Shown here piece after piece: positions 13,040 to 25,600 of a stretch of 64,000 nt of DNA. The position numbers and the translations under genes were made by a program. The notes beneath the pieces were generated by a model, which saw only the letters and a program-made list of their open reading frames with translations, was not told the origin of the DNA and did not search any database. The stretch spans positions 56,668,001 through 56,732,000 of the forward strand of contig NC_042999.1 of assembly GCF_006345805.1 (NCBI RefSeq), given 5' to 3'. This stretch comes from Octopus sinensis (taxonomy: Eukaryota). The stretch's first letter is position 1; every line of letters begins with the position of its first letter.

Positions 13040-13120
<81 letters not shown>

Positions 13121-13219
13121 TATATACATATATATACATATATATACATATATATATACATATATATATACATATATATATACACATATATACATATACA
13201 TATATATACATATATATAT

Positions 13220-13300
<81 letters not shown>

Positions 13301-13386
13301 TATACATATATACATACATATCTATATATACATATATACATACACACATATACATATATACATACATATATATATATATACATACA

Positions 13387-13451
<65 letters not shown>

Positions 13452-13510
13452 TTACATATATAAATATACATATATATGTATACACGCACACACATACACA
13501 CATATATATG
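12900..13510. repeat. Compound (TA)n/(CA)n microsatellite block
   Basis: Direct reading; source of the spurious IY/HT ORFs. Confidence 0.97.
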
Positions 13511-13624
13511 TGTAGTCATTTACAGATAAATGTATGTGCCGTCACATAAACACGTTATATTAAAAAGGCTAGTCTGTATATTTGGTACGTCTAACGAGAA
13601 AACAAGCGGATGTAAGTAACTAAC

Positions 13625-13690
13625 CTTGATAGCGCTGTCTGGTATCTAGAATACAGGATTCCACAGTGATGTCTTCCTGCACGACAACAA
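13625..13690 (-). CDS. Candidate 66-nt internal exon of an unidentified host gene
   Basis: Minus strand: pyrimidine tract ...TTTCTCCTTATTAATCACAG| acceptor and AAG|GTTAGT donor. Length is a multiple of 3. Two frames are open (VVVQEDITVESCILDTRQRYQ or CCRAGRHHCGILYSRYQTALS). No homology confirmed. Confidence 0.35.
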
Positions 13691-13929
13691 CTGTGATTAA
13701 TAAGGAGAAATCAATGAGAGAAAAAATGTTAAAAGAACTGCTCCAAGACGTTGGCTTTAAAACAATGAACGAAACCAAGAAAAAAAAAAGAATTAAGAAT
13801 AAAAGATATCAAAAAGAAAAACCATATTTTAAAATTTAAGATCGAGAGAGGTATGCCAGGTACGACATGCACATTTTGATCAAAGAATTGAGTCTACAAA
13901 TCTTAAGAATCTTTTATCGTGCACTTCTT

Positions 13930-14135
13930 TTAGTTAATGGACTGCGGCCATGCTGGGGTACAGCATTGAATTCTTTTGTTTTTTGTTTTTTAATCGAACA
14001 AATCGGTCCCAGTATTTATGCTTTGTTTTTTTTTATTATTTAAAAAAAATTATCTGGTATTTATTCTATCGATTTCTTTGGCCGAACTGTTCAGTAACGG
14101 GGATGTAAACAAACGAACATAGTTTGTCAAGAGGA
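13930..14135 (-). mobile_element. SINE family A, degraded 3' half
   Basis: Reverse complement of the family A tail (CAGCATGGCCGCAGTC...; GTTTACATCCCCGTTAC). Confidence 0.65.
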
Positions 14136-14348
14136 CAGACGCGCGCGCACACACACATACACACACTCTCTCGCTCTCATACACACACACACATATACAC
14201 ACACACAAACACACACACTACACATAAATATTTAGCAGAAGCAACATGGTGTTCATATAGCGTTGATAAACAAATTAGTATATTTCCCTATGGAATGTTC
14301 TAGAATGAATTATAACAATGTCACGTGATAATTAAAAAGTTTGCCCGT

Positions 14349-14386
<38 letters not shown>

Positions 14387-14421
14387 TACGTATATGTACT
14401 TACTTACATCTATACGTATAT

Positions 14422-15840
14422 CGGTGGTTTTCAACCAGGGTTCCTCGGAACCTTAGGGTTCCGCCAGCACAGTCCAGGGGTTCCGCAAGAAGTTACATAA
14501 ATGCTAAAATCGACAGTAATTTTTAATTATCCTGTGCAGATATGTGTGTACATGTTAGGCCTACGTGTACATCTACGAGTTGCACGCCAGCGTAGATGAC
14601 CTTGATCCTTGGTGTGTATATGCAGGTCTACAACGTGTACAACTACGAGTTACACGCCAGCGTAGATGACCCTGATCCTTGGTGTGTACATGTACGTGCA
14701 CATCTACGAGTTGCATGTCAGCTTAGATGATGGTTTAGTTCTCTTTTGTAAAATACGAGTGACTATATTTGGAAGAAACGTTTTAACTTCGTAAGCCATT
14801 TAGGTGTTGTTGTTAATCCGCCTTTTAAAAGATCTTTAGAAGAGTTATTGTCCTTTTGTTTGCAAGAAAACCCGAAAGACTTTGTAGAATGTTTGAGTGA
14901 TGACCATTGATGTTCCAAGTTAGCATATCTTGCCGATATATTTCATGAGTTAAACCTCTTGAACAATGGCATGCAGGGCAGGAACGAAAATATCTTGTCT
15001 TCTACTGACAAAATAAATGCTTTTCAGAAGAAATTGGCAATATGGAAGAAACGCATAGCTACAGGAAATTTGGAAATGTTTCCAAGTGTTTTTAAAAGGA
15101 ATTGTCAAGAAATTGCGCTACTGATTTTGAACCATTTGCACACTGTTAACAAATCTTGACAAATATTTTCCATCGATATCTGTTGACCAGTATGACTGGA
15201 TTAGAAACCCATTTGTGAAATTTGTGTCATTTGAAGAACAGTTCCCATTAACAGAAGAAGAACTTGCCAGTGCTTTAAATGATAGAACATTAAAGTTGAA
15301 GCATTCTGAGCTTAACCTGAATGCATTTTGGTTGCTGGTTGAAAAGGAATAGCCTGCAGTTGTTCAGAAAGCGCTGCGACTTCTTGTGCAGTTTTCAACC
15401 TCCTACTTGTGTGAATTTGGATTTTCAGCCCTGACAACCATCAGGCGCAAGAAGCGAGCACAATTGCTGTCTGTGGAAGATGAACTTCGTGTGTGTCTAT
15501 CAAAAACACGACCCAATCTTAAAGAGTTGTGCAAGAAACACCAGGCTCAAGTTTCTCATTGAATTTTTGATGAGAATAAATGTAATTTATTCAAACTAAA
15601 GTTTTTTTAAATACATGTTTTAATAATAACTGTAGATGCAAGAATAAAATTGCATATGTACGTGACAATTTTTTTACAGTTTGTGTTTTTATTGTAAATA
15701 AATATGAACAGGAGTATTTTCATTTCATTAATTAAATGCTGTTTTTTGCATAAGACAATTAAATTATTGCACAGGGGTTCCTCGAGCCAGTGGAATGTTT
15801 CCTTGGGGTTCCGCTCCAGCAAAAAGGTTGAAAAGCACTG
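14422..15840 (+). mobile_element. Internally deleted hAT (Buster/Charlie-type) DNA transposon
   Basis: TIRs CGGTGGTTTTCAACC and GGTTGAAAAGCACTG; perfect 8-bp TSD ACGTATAT (14414-14421 and 15841-15848). Decayed transposase C-terminus: LAYLADIFHELNLLN..MQG and SYLCEFGFS..QAQVSH*. Three roughly 58-bp internal tandem repeats at about 14570-14725. Confidence 0.93.
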
Positions 15841-16054
15841 ACGTATATATATATATGTATATGTGAGCACAGGACGTATCAAAACGTGTACAACAAAAAA
15901 TACGTAGTACGGGTACATGGAATATGAACTATTTTTCCAACGACGAAAGACACAAATGGAAAACAAGACAAACAACATAAAGAATGACCCTTCATCAGTT
16001 GTCGGCTGCTTGCAATTCTCTGGATATAATACACATATGTATGTATATATATAT

Positions 16055-16969
16055 CATAGCTGCACCCTCGTTACGCGAGAAAAGCCATTGCCAAGAAGAC
16101 TTATTGAAATGATTCATGGTTGTTGCCATGTGATGCCCTTATATGACTTTTAAGCCTAGCCAAACTTTTACACATTTTATTACATACTGCACAACTGTGC
16201 TGGCTGGCAGGAGAAACAGGTGCTACCATATGCACTCTCTTAACGTATCTTTTCAGACCTCTATCAGAGAGGCACACCCTCCCCATATTTTACACATGGT
16301 CTGTTGTGAATTTTAATAGCCACATCACTGTTTATCATGCGCCGATTTCTGTAAGATTTTTGATGGCTCACAAGTCCTGCACGATTCAAACATCTCCCAC
16401 AAACCACTCACACAAATAACAACACTCTCACTTTCCACAGATTCCCTCCTTCTAAGCCCCCTTCTAATTCTCTCATACTTCACTCTCTCCCTCTCAAACC
16501 TTGAACAACCACTATGCACTATCTTCCTCCATCCATCGCGGTCTTGTGCCTCCCTCTCCCAACCACCAACTGCAAATCCTGTCTGTATTCGAACATTTTA
16601 AAGGCAATCCTTAAATCTTGGTTTAGGCTTATGCACTGATCTCCTGCCATCTTCCAGCTCACCGTACAACAGCTGCTTGGACTGTCACTCATCAGTCATC
16701 CTTACCGAATGTCCCCCCACCCCATCCCAAACGTGTTTGCAAAATCATTGACTCTATACTTCTACTGCCACTCCTCTCAAGCACCTCCACATTACTAATG
16801 GCCATTTTCCAATTTATCCATCAAATTTTTCTCAGACAATATTGATGGTATCGTTCCAGTTGCCTTACATGCCTACGGTAAACAGTCTATATCGCACTCC
16901 CATATAGCAAAGATGGCAGGAAGCACGTGTTATATACCTTAACTTTGTGAAGATATATTATGTTGTCTC
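16055..16969 (-). mobile_element. RTE-clade LINE, 3' part (downstream of the gypsy insertion)
   Basis: QLERYHQYCLRK, KQLLYGELEDGRR..KPRFKDCL, EAQDRDGWRKIV and the C-terminal CAVCNKMCKS...SHIRASH zinc finger. Confidence 0.85.
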
Positions 16970-17205
16970 TGTTATGTAATCATCACAACAAACATGAACA
17001 ATCAACGTTGCCCATTGTCTCCCTTGATACAAGGACATTCAGTAAATTTCCCGCCACAACAAATACCTTGTACAACAACGCGCAGTCTAATAAAGTATCT
17101 CGTATCGTTAACACGCTTTTTCAGTCTCTCTCATTTTCTTAATCTTTCATACTAAGTACTCACTACTTCCTTTAATACTCAATACATTATATATATATAA
17201 CAACA
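16970..17205 (+). repeat. 5' LTR (236 bp)
   Basis: Differs from the 3' LTR by 3 substitutions, a 10-bp indel and a 2-bp TA indel (manual alignment). Confidence 0.95.
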
Positions 17206-17275
17206 ACATGGTGTCAGAATACTAAAAGAACCCAAAATACAGAAACCAAAGTTGAAATCATACTTCAAAGACGAA

Positions 17276-18421
17276 ATGGAAAATTTACCGCATCCAAAAG
17301 ACCTAGACTTTAATCAGGAAAACCTAGCCGCAGCATGGAAAAAGTGGAAAAAAGAATTCAATCTCTTTTTGATAGCAACAGAAAGTGACATGAAGCCAGA
17401 CAAAGTAAAAACTTCAATGTTTTTAACTTGCATCGGTTCCAAAGGCCGAGACATCCATTCCACTCTGGATTTCGATTCACCCGACGAAGAAATGAACCTT
17501 CAAACAGTAATCGAAAAATTCGATGCATATTGTGAACCCAGGAAAAACATAACTTTCCTGAGACACAAATTCTTCACATGTGGACAAGCAGAACATCAAA
17601 AATTCGATGAGTACGTGGTAGAGTTGCGCCAAAAAGCACAACAGTGCGAATTCGGCAACCTCACAGACAGTCTCACCAGAGATATTCTGATATGTGGAAT
17701 CAGAGACATGAGATTAAGAGAAAGATTATTGAGAGAACCAAATTTAGACTTACAAAAAACAATTCAAGCAGGTCAGAGTGCAGAGCAAACACGACTCCAA
17801 TCAAGGATGCTAAATGCCACATCCGAAACAAGAGATAACGAAATCTCGAGGGTATATAGTCAACACGACAGAAAAGGCGCCCAAACTCAAATAACTCGCC
17901 ATATGCAATCCAGACATCAAAACGAACAAGGCGGAAGTGACAGAAAGCCCGCGAAGTTTCAAGCGCCAAGTCAACACTACGTCAATAACTGTCACTATTG
18001 TGGTTATAATCACAAAAGAAATAAATGCCCAGCATTTCACAAGACATGTGAAAAATGCAAGAAAAAAGGACACTATGCAAAAATGTGCAAATCAAGAAAA
18101 TTTGTACATAAAGTAGAGATACATACCGACGATGAATCAGATGACGATACACATGCACTCGAAATGATCACTGCAAATAATTCCCGCGTGCACAAAATCG
18201 AAAAGTTCAAGACTCCAAAAGACATTTGGACTGTCGAACTAAAAGTGAACAACTCGAATGTAACATTCAAAATTGATATTGGAGCAGACGTAACCGTACT
18301 GCCATTCAGAGAATATAGAAATATAATTCCAAAACCACAACTGCAAAAAACCTCAACTCGATTATCAGCTTACAATAAACACAGCTATAAAAGTGCTAGG
18401 AAAATGCACAGCAGTCATTAA
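17276..18421 (+). CDS. gag: Gag (with CCHC knuckles) fused to the start of the aspartic protease
   Basis: WKKWKKEF..., RDILICGIRD.RLRERLL, CHYCGYNH...C and CEKCKKKGHYAKMC, FKIDIGADVT. The frame shifts near 18390. Confidence 0.88.
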   Translation: MENLPHPKDLDFNQENLAAAWKKWKKEFNLFLIATESDMKPDKVKTSMFLTCIGSKGRDIHSTLDFDSPDEEMNLQTVIEKFDAYCEPRKNITFLRHKFFTCGQAEHQKFDEYVVELRQKAQQCEFGNLTDSLTRDILICGIRDMRLRERLLREPNLDLQKTIQAGQSAEQTRLQSRMLNATSETRDNEISRVYSQHDRKGAQTQITRHMQSRHQNEQGGSDRKPAKFQAPSQHYVNNCHYCGYNHKRNKCPAFHKTCEKCKKKGHYAKMCKSRKFVHKVEIHTDDESDDDTHALEMITANNSRVHKIEKFKTPKDIWTVELKVNNSNVTFKIDIGADVTVLPFREYRNIIPKPQLQKTSTRLSAYNKHSYKSARKMHSSH

Positions 18422-20800
18422 ATACAAAGAATTATCAAAACAAATAAAATTCATTGTTGCAAAAACAAACTCGCACGCAGTTATAGATGCAAAGACAGCT
18501 AAAGATCTGAACCTAATTCAGAGAATTTCAAAAATAAACTCGTCGAACACAAACGACATAATAGAAAAATATGAAGACTGTTTCGGAGAAATCGGCACTT
18601 TGTCAATAACACATCATATCACAGTGGATCCACAAATAACTCCTGTAATTCATCCACCAAGATCGGTTCCTTTTTCTATAAAAGAAAAACTCAACAAAGA
18701 ATTAAAAAGAATGACAGAATTAGGTATCATAAAACCTGTTAGTGAACCTACAGACTGGGTAAATACCCTAGTCATCGTTGAAAAAGCCAACGGAAAACTC
18801 CGACTCTGTTTAGACCCCAAGAATCTAAACAAAGCCATAAAAAGGCAACATTTCAAACTCCCTACAGCGGAGGACATTTTTGCACAAATGCATTACCCTA
18901 AATATTTTTCGAAACTCGATGCATCTAATGAATACTGGCAAATTCCAGTTGACGAAGAAAGCTCCCATCTGTTAACGTTCAACACACCTTTTGGAAGGTA
19001 TCGCTTCACAGCGCCAGTGAAGTTTTCCAAAAAGAAATTGCAGAAATAATAGAGGGCATAGAAGGAGCAAGAAATTCACAGGATGACACCATAATCTGGT
19101 CCAGCACTTTAGAAGAACACACAAATAGACTACAACAAGTTTTCGATCGAATCCGAAAGCACGGATTAAAGTTAAATAAATCAAAGTGTATCTTCTATGA
19201 ATCACGTACCTTGGGCATCTATTAACCAGCGAAGGGATAAAACAAGATCCAACCAAAGTACAAGCAATCATTCACATGCCACTGCCAACAAGTAAAAAAG
19301 AATTACAAAGATTCCTAGGTATGACAAATTACCTATGTAAATTTTTATCTAATTACTCCGAAGTTACAGCACCATTACGCCAGCTTCTACAGAGTGACAC
19401 GTTATGGTCATTCGACAAACCACAAATCGAAGCAATAAAAAAGCTAAAAGAAATGATTACCAGAAAACCAGTGCTACAATTTTATAATCCAGATCTACCA
19501 ATAAAAATAACTACAGATGCTAGTAAGCATGGGCTCGGAGCGATACTTGAGCAGAAACACAACGAAAGATGGCTACCTGTTTCGTTTGCATCTCGTGCAA
19601 CAACTCAAGCAGAACAAAACTACTGTCCGATAGAGAGCGAAGCTCTCAGTATAGTTTTCGCATGCAAGAAATTTCATCAGTTTATATTCGGAACTCATTT
19701 CAGAATCGAAAATGACCATAAACCGTTGAAGCAAATATGCCCCCACTAAATGCCCCCCCCCCCCAGAATCCAAAGATTTCTACTAACATTACAAAGATAT
19801 GATTTTGACCTAAACCACATACCTGGTAAAGAATCAATTGTTGCAGATACCCTATCACGTGCATACCTTGAGCAAAATACTCCAGAAGTATCAGACGAAG
19901 ATATGAAATCGCACATACATGCAGTAATAAAAAATTACCCCATAACCGACACTAAATTAAACGAGTATAAAGAAGCCACTGCAGACGACCCGTCACTACA
20001 GACACTCATCACATATACAAGAACAGAATGGCCCCCAAAAGACAAAATACCAATAAACATCAAACCATTCGTCTCCGTTCGTGATGAAATATCAATCGTC
20101 AATGGTCTCGTTCTAAAAGGTTCAAGAATAATTGTACCTAAGTCATTACGTAGAGAAGCTTTACAGGAAATACATACCGGACACATGGGTATCGAAAAAT
20201 GCATAGAGAGAGCGAAGGAATGCATATACTGGCCTGGCATTAACGCTCAGATCAAAGACATGATTAACACATGCTCATACTGCATCGACTACAAAAACCA
20301 ACAAGCAGCCGAACCACTAATAAATCATGAAATACCTACTACACCATGGACCAAAGTGGGTACAGACGTATTTCACCTGTCTGGAAATTCGTATGTCACA
20401 ATTATTGATTATACAACAAGATTTTTTGATCTACTCGAAATAAATGATTGCCAGTCAAAAACCGTAATCAAAAAATTAAAAGAAACTTTTGCTAAATTCG
20501 GAATTCCGCAAACAGTTGTAAGTGACAATGGTCCAGAATTCAATTCGGCTGAACTAAAAAAAATTGCAAAAAATTGGCATTTTCATCACACGAAGACAAG
20601 CCCGCATTATCATCAAGCGAATGGCATGGTTGAGAGAAATGTACAGACAATAAAAAAGACATTAAAAAAAGGCATTCAAAAGTGGCGAAGAACCTCAGTT
20701 AGCGCTCTTAGCATTACGCACGTCTAAATTACAAAATGGTGCACCATCCCCTGCAAATCAAATAATGAATAGAACATTGCGAACAAATCTCCCAAACTTA
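18393..20800 (+). pseudogene. pol: pol (RT, RNase H, integrase), frameshifted
   Basis: LRLCLDPKNLN, KLDASNEYWQI, NSQDD, TDASKHGLGAIL, ENDHKPL, GHMGIEKC...CSYC, GTDVF, SDNGPEF, NGMVER. Split over at least four frames. Confidence 0.92.
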
Positions 20801-21225
20801 CTACACGACAAAATTGGTATCAGGCCTCACGAAAAGAAGAAATCAAACATTACAACAGAACTCCCAGAGTTAAAACCACACGACACGGTTAGAATTAAGT
20901 TTAACAACAATTGATTTAGAAGGGGCAAAATAATTAAAAAACTAGAGCAACCTCGTTCATACTTAGTAATAACAGAGGAAGGTAATACAGTCAAACGAAA
21001 TAGACAACATATTCTTAAAACAAACGAACACGTTCGCATAACAGAAGAATTAGATTATGAAAATATATTTCCAAAGTCAACAAACACGCATGAAAAAACA
21101 AAAACAGCACAACTACAGAATTCAACACTACAAAATAATAAAACCACAAAAAGTGGACGACGAATAATTCTTCCCTGTAGATACAGATGATAATAAAAAA
21201 ATAAAAAAAATAAAAAAAGGGAAGA

Positions 21226-21453
21226 TGTTATGTAATCATCAAAACAAACATGAACAATCATTGTCTCCCTTGATACAAGGACATTCAGTAAATTTCCCGC
21301 CACAACAAATACCTTGTACAACAACGCGCAGTCTAATAAAGTATCTCGTATCGTTAACACGTTTTTTCAGTCTCTCTCATTTTCTTAATCTTTCATACTA
21401 AGTACTCACTACTTCCTTTAATACTCAATCCATTATATATATATATAACAACA
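21226..21453 (+). repeat. 3' LTR (228 bp)
   Basis: Direct repeat of 16970-17205, preceded by the PPT. Confidence 0.95.
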
Positions 21454-21880
21454 GTCTCCACAGACATCTATTAAGCCTACCAAAAGCACTACGGGCCCTG
21501 CTGATTCTATGTGAAATTTCACCATCAAGACCAGCAGTGCTCAAGGTATTTCCTAAATAAATAAATCTAGGCACAGTCTCCAGTCTTTGACCACAGTTAT
21601 AAAAGGTTCCACATACATCTTGGAGGGAGCGGTTTGGTACGTTATAACAGATTTTTTTTTAGATTGATTGTTAGATCCAATGTTGCACATACTGCATGGA
21701 TCGTATTCAGCATGTGCTGCATATCTTTCTGGGAGTGTGCCAAAGGTCACAATCATCTGTATACAGGAACTCAACAAGGGCAAACGAAAAAATTTTCTAA
21801 TGCCAAATATGCCGAAATTAGACACCCTGTCCATAACCATATGATTTTTTACAATACGCATGCTACTCAAAAAAAGATCG
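21454..21880 (-). mobile_element. RTE-clade LINE, RT part (upstream of the gypsy insertion)
   Basis: VEFLYTDDCDL, GQRLETVPRFIYLG.TLS..LDGEISHRISRARSAFGRL..CLWR; continues across the TSD into the 16055-16969 fragment. Confidence 0.85.
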
Positions 21881-21982
21881 ACAGAAATCTCTAAAAAATT
21901 CCATTATTACCATATCGGACCGATTTCAATGCTGGCCATTGATAAATCTTTTTTTCGAAAAAAAAATTTATCCTACATTAAA

Positions 21983-22050
<68 letters not shown>

Positions 22051-22171
22051 CATTTACGCATACATACACACACGGTTGCATACACACAAACATACACGCA
22101 CATGCATACATACTTACACAACATTGGTAAATAAAATACATATGTGCAGGTGTTTTTGTGTGTATCAGTCT

Positions 22172-22435
22172 GTACATAATATATTCGTTGGTTTTGTCTA
22201 AGAATACGTGACGATGATAATATATTTAATACTTATTTCGCAGTTTGGTAAAAATGATGTCTAATGCTTACCATACACATATGGAAAATAATAACACTAG
22301 CTTAAATATTAATATCGTAAGAAGACTGGTGTCAAACAAACAACTAGTCGGACGTTCATCAGAAATGTTAGTAGCTTATTTCTATGGAAGACCATAATAG
22401 TTATTTCTGAAGATGCAAACTAACCTATTACAACG
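22172..22435. repeat. About 260-bp local duplication, copy 1 (copy 2 at 28793-29037; partial copy 3 at about 23485-23537)
   Basis: Direct repeat, roughly 90% identical by eye. Confidence 0.9.
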
Positions 22436-22519
22436 TGATTGATTGATTGATTGATTGATTCTAGTTTCAGCTTATGAGCTGTGGCCATGCTGGGGCACCG
22501 CCATTTGGTGTTGCTATTT

Positions 22520-22815
22520 GGTTTCACTTCATGAAGGCTTTCTAGCAACTGCTATTTGGTGCATGAGAGAGTTCGATGCAGCTGCCCTCATCTGCCCCTC
22601 CTGCCGTGAAGTTGGTTCATCTGGGACACCTGACAGGAAGAGATCCAGCTTCATTTTAAAGACATCTGTATCCACCCCATGCAGGTCTCTCAGGTTCTTC
22701 GGGAGGATATTGAAGAGCTGTGGGCTTCGGAAGCCCAGGCTATCACAGAATCTTGTCCTACATCTTGATGGCAAGTTTGGAGTCCTAGGCACCACGCAGT
22801 GTACGCTGCTTTACT
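22520..22815 (-). mobile_element. CR1/Jockey-group LINE C-terminal fragment
   Basis: PQLFNILPKNLRDL..VFKMKLDLFLSGVPDEP...AASNSL, a typical non-LTR ORF2 C-terminus. Confidence 0.7.
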
Positions 22816-22825
22816 AAATAATAAT

Positions 22826-22884
<59 letters not shown>

Positions 22885-23769
22885 GAACCTGGAACTATTT
22901 GTGACCAGCAGCTCAGATATAAGAGTTCGTAATTAGACCAATAACTTCTAAAGCCATTATTGTATTAAAAAAAAATTAAGAAACAAACATCAAAATACTG
23001 TAAACTCCGTTGAAAGGAAAAACTTTTGAGGAAAAGGTAACCAAATAGGAATATTTACTCAAAACTATAAAAACTTTAGCACACACACACATACACACAT
23101 GCCCACATACGCACATACACACATGTCCACCTACGCACATACACACATACGTACATACACATATAAACACATATACACATACGCACACATACAGACACAC
23201 ACACATATATACACACATACGCACATACACGCATACGCACATACACACATATACATATACACACATACGTACACACATACATACACACACGCACATACGC
23301 ACACACACACACGCACACTCGGATGCACAAAGACACACACACGCACACACACACACACACACACACAAATACACACACTCAAAATAATCTAATTAAATAC
23401 TGAAGTGAAAAATATCTTATAAACGTAAACAGCCGATTGCGGTATTGCGCTAAACGCCACCTAGTGTACATCGCATTCAATTTGATATTTATTTCGTCGT
23501 TTGGTAAAAATGATATCTAATGCTATCATACACATATAAAGAGGAGAATTTCGCCACTAGTCGTCAATGCAAGTTAATCAGTTCTGAGATCCGATTAATT
23601 ACTAAAAAAGAAAGAAAAAAACCATAAGCAATATTACAGTAATACGAGTTTAATTCGTTCAATGACCAAATCAACTTTCCCTATTGAAATTAACTAAAAT
23701 ATAATTAATCCGTCCCCACCCCCGCCCCACGACCATTCAAAAAAAATTTCCAAAACAGAAAAATTGTAT

Positions 23770-23960
23770 TACTGAGATGTACTTGCATAACAAGTGACCT
23801 GATCTGAGATCGTGTGCTGAAACAAAAATCAACTGCAGCGTGGAATGTGTTTATAAGCCATTTAAAAACACAGAAAAACCGCTAGATTCACTTCAACATT
23901 AAAATTTAATTTGTCAAAATATTTTCCTAGCTTTGAGACCGCGACCTATTCACTGACAAA
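23770..23960 (+). mobile_element. Long-TIR MITE-like element, left arm
   Basis: Matches the reverse complement of 46272-46457 and the direct arm at 46132-46270. Confidence 0.7.
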
Positions 23961-24257
23961 ATTCCGTGCTGTAGTTATAAAGAAAATGACAATTATAAAA
24001 AAGAGGATGCAAAAGAAATATGTAAACTGTTTTTTTTTTAACTGAATTACCTTCAAGATGGGACGATTTGTGTGTTCGTACTGCGGGTTTCCGCTCGTAC
24101 TTCAAGACAAAAATTTGCACGAGTCTCGGTTCGCCCAGCAAATTACTGGTACTGCGAGATTCTACTGTAGTTTCAAAATGTGGCACGATGCCAGTAATTT
24201 TGGAGGAGGTGGAAATCGATTACATCGACTCCAATGATCAAGTGCTTCTTATTTTAT

Positions 24258-24382
24258 TGACTCCGAGAGGATGAAAGGTAAAGTCAACCTTTGCGGAATT
24301 TGAACTCAAAATGTAAAGACGGACGAAATGCCGCAAAGCATTTTGTCCGGCGTGCTAATGATTCTACCGATCTGCTGTCTTA
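24258..24382 (-). mobile_element. SINE family E, degraded
   Basis: Reverse complement of the GCTGGCAGAA.CGTTAGCAC...GAGTTCAAATTCCGC head. Confidence 0.7.
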
Positions 24383-24473
24383 AAATCATAACCAATATCG
24401 ATTGCAAAATTAAAAAGTTGTCTAAGCAGAAGCAACAACAACAAAGATATTTGCTCCTGTTACAACGACTGTA

Positions 24474-24853
24474 GGGAGGTGCAATGACTCAGTGGTTAGA
24501 GCAGCGGACTCGCGGTCGTAGGATCACGGTTTCGATTCTCAGACTCGGCGTTGTGAGTGTTTATAGAGCGAAAACACCTAAAGCTCCACGAGGCTCCAAC
24601 AGGGGGTAGTAGCGACCCCTGCTGTACTCTTTCACCACAACTTCCCCTCATTCATTCTGCGTGCATCTGTTGTACCTGTATTTCAAAAGGGCCAGCCTTG
24701 TCACAATCTGTGTCACGCTGAATCTCCGCAAGGTCTGCGTTAAGGCTACACATGTCTGTGGAGTGCTCAGCCACTTGCACGTTAATTTCATGAGCAGGCT
24801 GTTCCGTTGATCGGATCAACTGGGACCCTCGTCGTCGTAACCGACGGAGTGCC
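24474..24853 (+). mobile_element. tRNA-derived SINE (family B)
   Basis: A box TGACTCAGTGG, B box GTTTCGATTC; second copy at 47720-48080; 3' half shared with family C. Confidence 0.88.
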
Positions 24854-25056
24854 ACGATGACGACAACGTGTATAAAAGAGATCCAGTTTACTCAGTTCAA
24901 TATTATGACAAATCAAATGAATCAGTTTTAGACAACAGAACCCATATTCGATGAACTGAGCCGTCTAGACATACATACATACATACATACATACATACAT
25001 ACATACATACATACATACATACATACATACACACATACACACATACATAGATACAT

Positions 25057-25091
<35 letters not shown>

Positions 25092-25227
25092 CATATATAC
25101 ATATTCAGGATTAAATGAAAAGAAGGCACCAAACGGAAAATCTGACATACCTATATATGTGACCGCGTGTGTACCGTTGGCGTTTTTTCCCTCCGTCTTC
25201 CCTTCTCTGGATCTTTCCTTTTCCTAT

Positions 25228-25262
25228 GTTTCTGACGAAGAGCTCCGCTCGAAACGTTAAAC
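25228..25262 (+). ncRNA. Minimal type I hammerhead ribozyme motif (intact core) in a Penelope-like repeat at about 25160-25362
   Basis: Stem I GTTT/AAAC; core CTGACGA plus an extra A; stem II GAGC-TCC-GCTC; GAAA; palindromic ACGT stem III; predicted cleavage after GTT (25258). Confidence 0.75.
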
Positions 25263-25358
25263 CTCCTTCTTCCCTTCATTCCTGAGCGTCCAATAATAGT
25301 ATATTTGTTCCACGTCCTCGCGTTGTTGTGTTTTCTCTTTGTGTTTCCATGTTTGGAT

Positions 25359-25446
<88 letters not shown>

Positions 25447-25600
25447 AAATTTTTAAAAAAAACGTGTTGTAAATAAACAAACATGTACTAAATACACAGG
25501 TGGACAGAAAACGCAGAAGGTCGCCAACTCCTCATCATTTAGCGGCCAGAGAGTCAGACGCAATTTCGGTCATTATCATACATATATATATATATATATA

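Larger units (their letters stand above)
16970..21453 (+). mobile_element. Full-length Ty3/gypsy (Mag-like) LTR retrotransposon
   Basis: LTRs at 16970-17205 and 21226-21453 (TG...CA); 5-bp TSD GTCTC; PBS TGGTGTCAGAA at 17209 (complementary to a tRNA-Leu-type 3' end); PPT AAAAAAAGGGAAGA; gag-PR-RT-RH-IN order. Confidence 0.96.
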
